Assembly: GCA_963664305.2 (NCBI GenBank)
Contig: CAXXLV010000001.1
Location: 832,001 to 896,000 of the forward strand
Reading direction: 5' to 3'
DNA from: an uncultured Aliarcobacter sp.
Lineage (GTDB): Bacteria > Campylobacterota > Campylobacteria > Campylobacterales > Arcobacteraceae
Length of the DNA: 64,000 nt
The position numbers and the translations under genes were made by a program. Of this stretch, positions 61,523 to 64,000 are shown in pieces; position 1 is the first letter of the stretch, and every line of letters begins with the position of its first letter. The notes beneath the pieces were generated by a model that saw only the letters and a program-made list of their open reading frames with translations, was not told the origin of the DNA and ran no database searches.

Positions 61523-62641
61523 ATGCAAAATGTATGGATATATTTAGAAAATGGGACTTTTTTAGAGGCAAAATCTTTTGGTGCAACAGGAACAGCTGTT
61601 GGAGAAATTGTTTTTAATACTTCATTAACTGGTTATCAAGAAATTATCTCAGATCCATCTTATGCAGGACAATTTATTACTTTTACAATGCCAGAAATTG
61701 GTAATGTTGGAGTAAATGCAGATGATATGGAGAGCAAAACTTGTCACTGTAAAGGAGTATTAGTTAGAAATTATCATAATGATTACTCAAATTATAGAGC
61801 ACAAAATGATTTAGATTCTTTATTAAAAGAGCATGGTGTTTTAGGAATTTGTGAAATAGATACAAGATATTTAACTAAAATGATTAGAGATGAGGGAGCT
61901 ATGATGATGATAGCTTCAACTGAAATTTCTGATAAAGAAGAGTTAGCAAAACAATTAAAAGCAAGTCCTAGAATTGAAGATATAAATTATATTGAACAAG
62001 TATCAACAAAAGAGAGTTATATTCACAAAAGTGGAGCATGGAATCATGCAATTAAAGCTTATGATAAAGCTGTGATGAGTGATAAAAAAGTTGTTGTAAT
62101 TGATTTTGGTGTAAAAAGAAATATATTAAATGAATTAGTTCAAGCTGGTCTTGAAGTTGAAGTTGTACCTTCAACTTTTAAAGGTGAAGATTTAATAGCT
62201 AGATTTGAAGCTAAAGAGATTGGTGGAGTATTCTTATCAAATGGACCAGGTGACCCACTTACTTTAACTGCTGAGAAAAAAGAAGTACAAAAACTTATCA
62301 ATGCAAATATTCCAATGTTTGCTATTTGTTTAGGTCATCAAATGCTTTCTATTGCTCATGGATATGATACATATAAATTGAAGTTTGGTCAACATGGTGG
62401 TAACCATCCAGTTGCAAATAATGGTGTAGTTGAAATTACAGCTCAAAATCATAATTATAATGTACCTGATAATATTATTGAAATAGCAGATATTACACAT
62501 ATTAACTTATTTGATAATACTATTGAAGGTGTTAAATATAAAAATAAAGAGATTTTTTCAGTTCAGCATCACCCAGAAGCAAGTCCTGGACCACATGAAT
62601 CAAAATATATCTTCAAACAATTTGCAGAGATAGTGAAGTAA
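61523..62641 (+). CDS. carA: carbamoyl-phosphate synthase small subunit
   Basis: FNTSLTGYQE, DPSY, LSNGPGDP, ICLGHQ, QHHPEASPGPH. Confidence 0.97.
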   Translation: MQNVWIYLENGTFLEAKSFGATGTAVGEIVFNTSLTGYQEIISDPSYAGQFITFTMPEIGNVGVNADDMESKTCHCKGVLVRNYHNDYSNYRAQNDLDSLLKEHGVLGICEIDTRYLTKMIRDEGAMMMIASTEISDKEELAKQLKASPRIEDINYIEQVSTKESYIHKSGAWNHAIKAYDKAVMSDKKVVVIDFGVKRNILNELVQAGLEVEVVPSTFKGEDLIARFEAKEIGGVFLSNGPGDPLTLTAEKKEVQKLINANIPMFAICLGHQMLSIAHGYDTYKLKFGQHGGNHPVANNGVVEITAQNHNYNVPDNIIEIADITHINLFDNTIEGVKYKNKEIFSVQHHPEASPGPHESKYIFKQFAEIVK

Positions 62642-62672
62642 TTCACTATCTTTTAGTAATTAAGATTTTAAA

Positions 62673-63155
62673 TTAGTTAGGAAGTAAAAACTTAGCAATC
62701 ACTTGATAAGTTCCAGCAGTTGCAATTCCAGCAGCTATTCCTGCAACTATATCATCACCCATAACACCTAATCCACCTTTTACATCTCTGTCAATTTTAC
62801 CTATAATTGAAGGCTTCCAAATATCAAAAAGTCTAAAAAATATAAAAGCTAAAGGTGCCATATAAATAAGATTTTCACTGTTAATTCCACAAATAGCTAA
62901 AGCAATCCACATTCCAGCTAATTCATCAATAACTATTTCACTATTATCATGAATACCAGACTCTTTTTCATAAGCATCAATTTGTTTAATAGCAATTACA
63001 GTTACAAGTAAAGATAATAAAAATAGAGTTGAAGGATGTAAAATCTCTAATAGAAAAAGTCCTAAAATCAAAGATACAAATGAACCAACAGTTCCAGGAG
63101 CTTTTGGGCTTAATCCACTAAAACCAACTGTTAAAAAAAATCTTCTAAAGTTCAT
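62673..63155 (-). CDS. pgpA: phosphatidylglycerophosphatase A
   Basis: PKAPGTVGS, IVIDELAG, FRLFDIWKP, GVMGDD. Confidence 0.93.
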   Translation of the reverse strand: MNFRRFFLTVGFSGLSPKAPGTVGSFVSLILGLFLLEILHPSTLFLLSLLVTVIAIKQIDAYEKESGIHDNSEIVIDELAGMWIALAICGINSENLIYMAPLAFIFFRLFDIWKPSIIGKIDRDVKGGLGVMGDDIVAGIAAGIATAGTYQVIAKFLLPN

Positions 63156-63166
63156 AAAGTATCCTT

Positions 63167-64000
63167 TTATTTTTTCTTTTCAATATCAAGTTTTTTTCTT
63201 TTTTCCCAAAGAGATTTTCTTGAAATACCAAGTTTTTTTGAAAGTTCAGTATCAGGATATTTCCCTTGATAAGAAATAACCATCATTTTAACGTAATCAT
63301 TTATCGTCATAATATTTGAATTACCTAATAGAACTTTTTCATTATTAAATTCAATTTTTCTATAAGGGAAATCTTCTTCTTGTTCTAGTGTTGAGATAAT
63401 ACAATTTTTTTCTTCAATTAATTTTACTAATTGCTCTTTAACATTTTTCTTTAAAGTATGATAATCAGTTAAATAAATGATAGTTTTTCCTTGAACAGCA
63501 TTAATTTGTTTTTGCCATGAAGATGAAGTTAAAGATATAAAACAAATTGGTAAATCCATTTTTCTTGCTAATTCAAAAACAAGTTTATCTGCACATTTTT
63601 GAGAATTTGTTTCTATTAATGTTGGGAATGATGGTGGAAGTAAAATTTCACTCGTATCAATATCTGACATTGTAAAATTAAAATAATCTCTTAACGTTTG
63701 TAATTCCCTTCTAATACTTCTACATTCTTTGTAGTGATAAATCTTTCTTACTAATTCATCCATAATAAATGGTTTCATAATATAATCTTTAGCACCATCT
63801 TTAATAGGATTAGTTACTGTTTCATCAGAAATATATGAAACAAGTAAAAGAATTATTGAATTTTCACTATAACGTTTGATGATGTTTTTACATAAACTAG
63901 ATGGAAGAGATGTAGAAAGAAGGATAGTATCATAATCTTTTGTTAGATTATCAATATTAGGTGATTCAATATAATCACAACTATGTCCATCATCAAGTAA
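63167..64000 (-). CDS. atypical response regulator (HP1021/Cj1608-like), N-terminus outside window
   Basis: Frame open to 64000: ...DYDTILLSTS...GAKDYIMKPF; C-terminal DTELSKKLGISRKSLWEKRKK HTH. Confidence 0.8.
   Translation of the reverse strand, partial: LLDDGHSCDYIESPNIDNLTKDYDTILLSTSLPSSLCKNIIKRYSENSIILLLVSYISDETVTNPIKDGAKDYIMKPFIMDELVRKIYHYKECRSIRRELQTLRDYFNFTMSDIDTSEILLPPSFPTLIETNSQKCADKLVFELARKMDLPICFISLTSSSWQKQINAVQGKTIIYLTDYHTLKKNVKEQLVKLIEEKNCIISTLEQEEDFPYRKIEFNNEKVLLGNSNIMTINDYVKMMVISYQGKYPDTELSKKLGISRKSLWEKRKKLDIEKKK

Noticed and set aside
63167..63778. Stand-alone 203-aa protein as listed in the ORF track
   Set aside because: The frame stays open to the window edge and encodes the rest of a receiver domain, so the start at 63778 is an edge artefact; the missing phospho-Asp is known for HP1021-like regulators

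Overview
AT-rich Campylobacterota chromosome segment, most likely Arcobacter/Aliarcobacter (inferred from gene content and order). Housekeeping genes flank three accessory blocks. (1) 5.6-14.1 kb: a CrdRS/CrdA/Cus-type copper-efflux locus followed by yceI and a secreted protein with four SCGxGKCG repeats. (2) 22.8-30.6 kb: a compact ~7.8 kb element integrated in tRNA-Arg(TCG) and bounded by a 19-bp direct repeat. It encodes a tyrosine integrase, an Xis-like HTH protein, a two-tyrosine HUH rolling-circle Rep, an SSB-like protein, a membrane FtsK ATPase and a TIR-NTPase-TPR candidate anti-phage protein. Arm-type repeats, four GTGTA-N8-TACA(C/T) operators and candidate origin hairpins are visible. 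(3) 31.1-47.5 kb: a type IV filament cluster (PilB/GspE ATPase, GspF-like platform, lipoprotein secretin). Its pilin-like subunits have no class III leader, and four paralogs put a pseudopilin-head-like domain behind a Sec signal peptide; two of these are large RCC1-like propeller proteins, one apparently starting at ATC. A MarR operon with a visible palindromic operator lies at 53.6-57.0 kb. No CRISPR array or rRNA gene was seen. All calls come from reading motifs by eye; no database searches were run.
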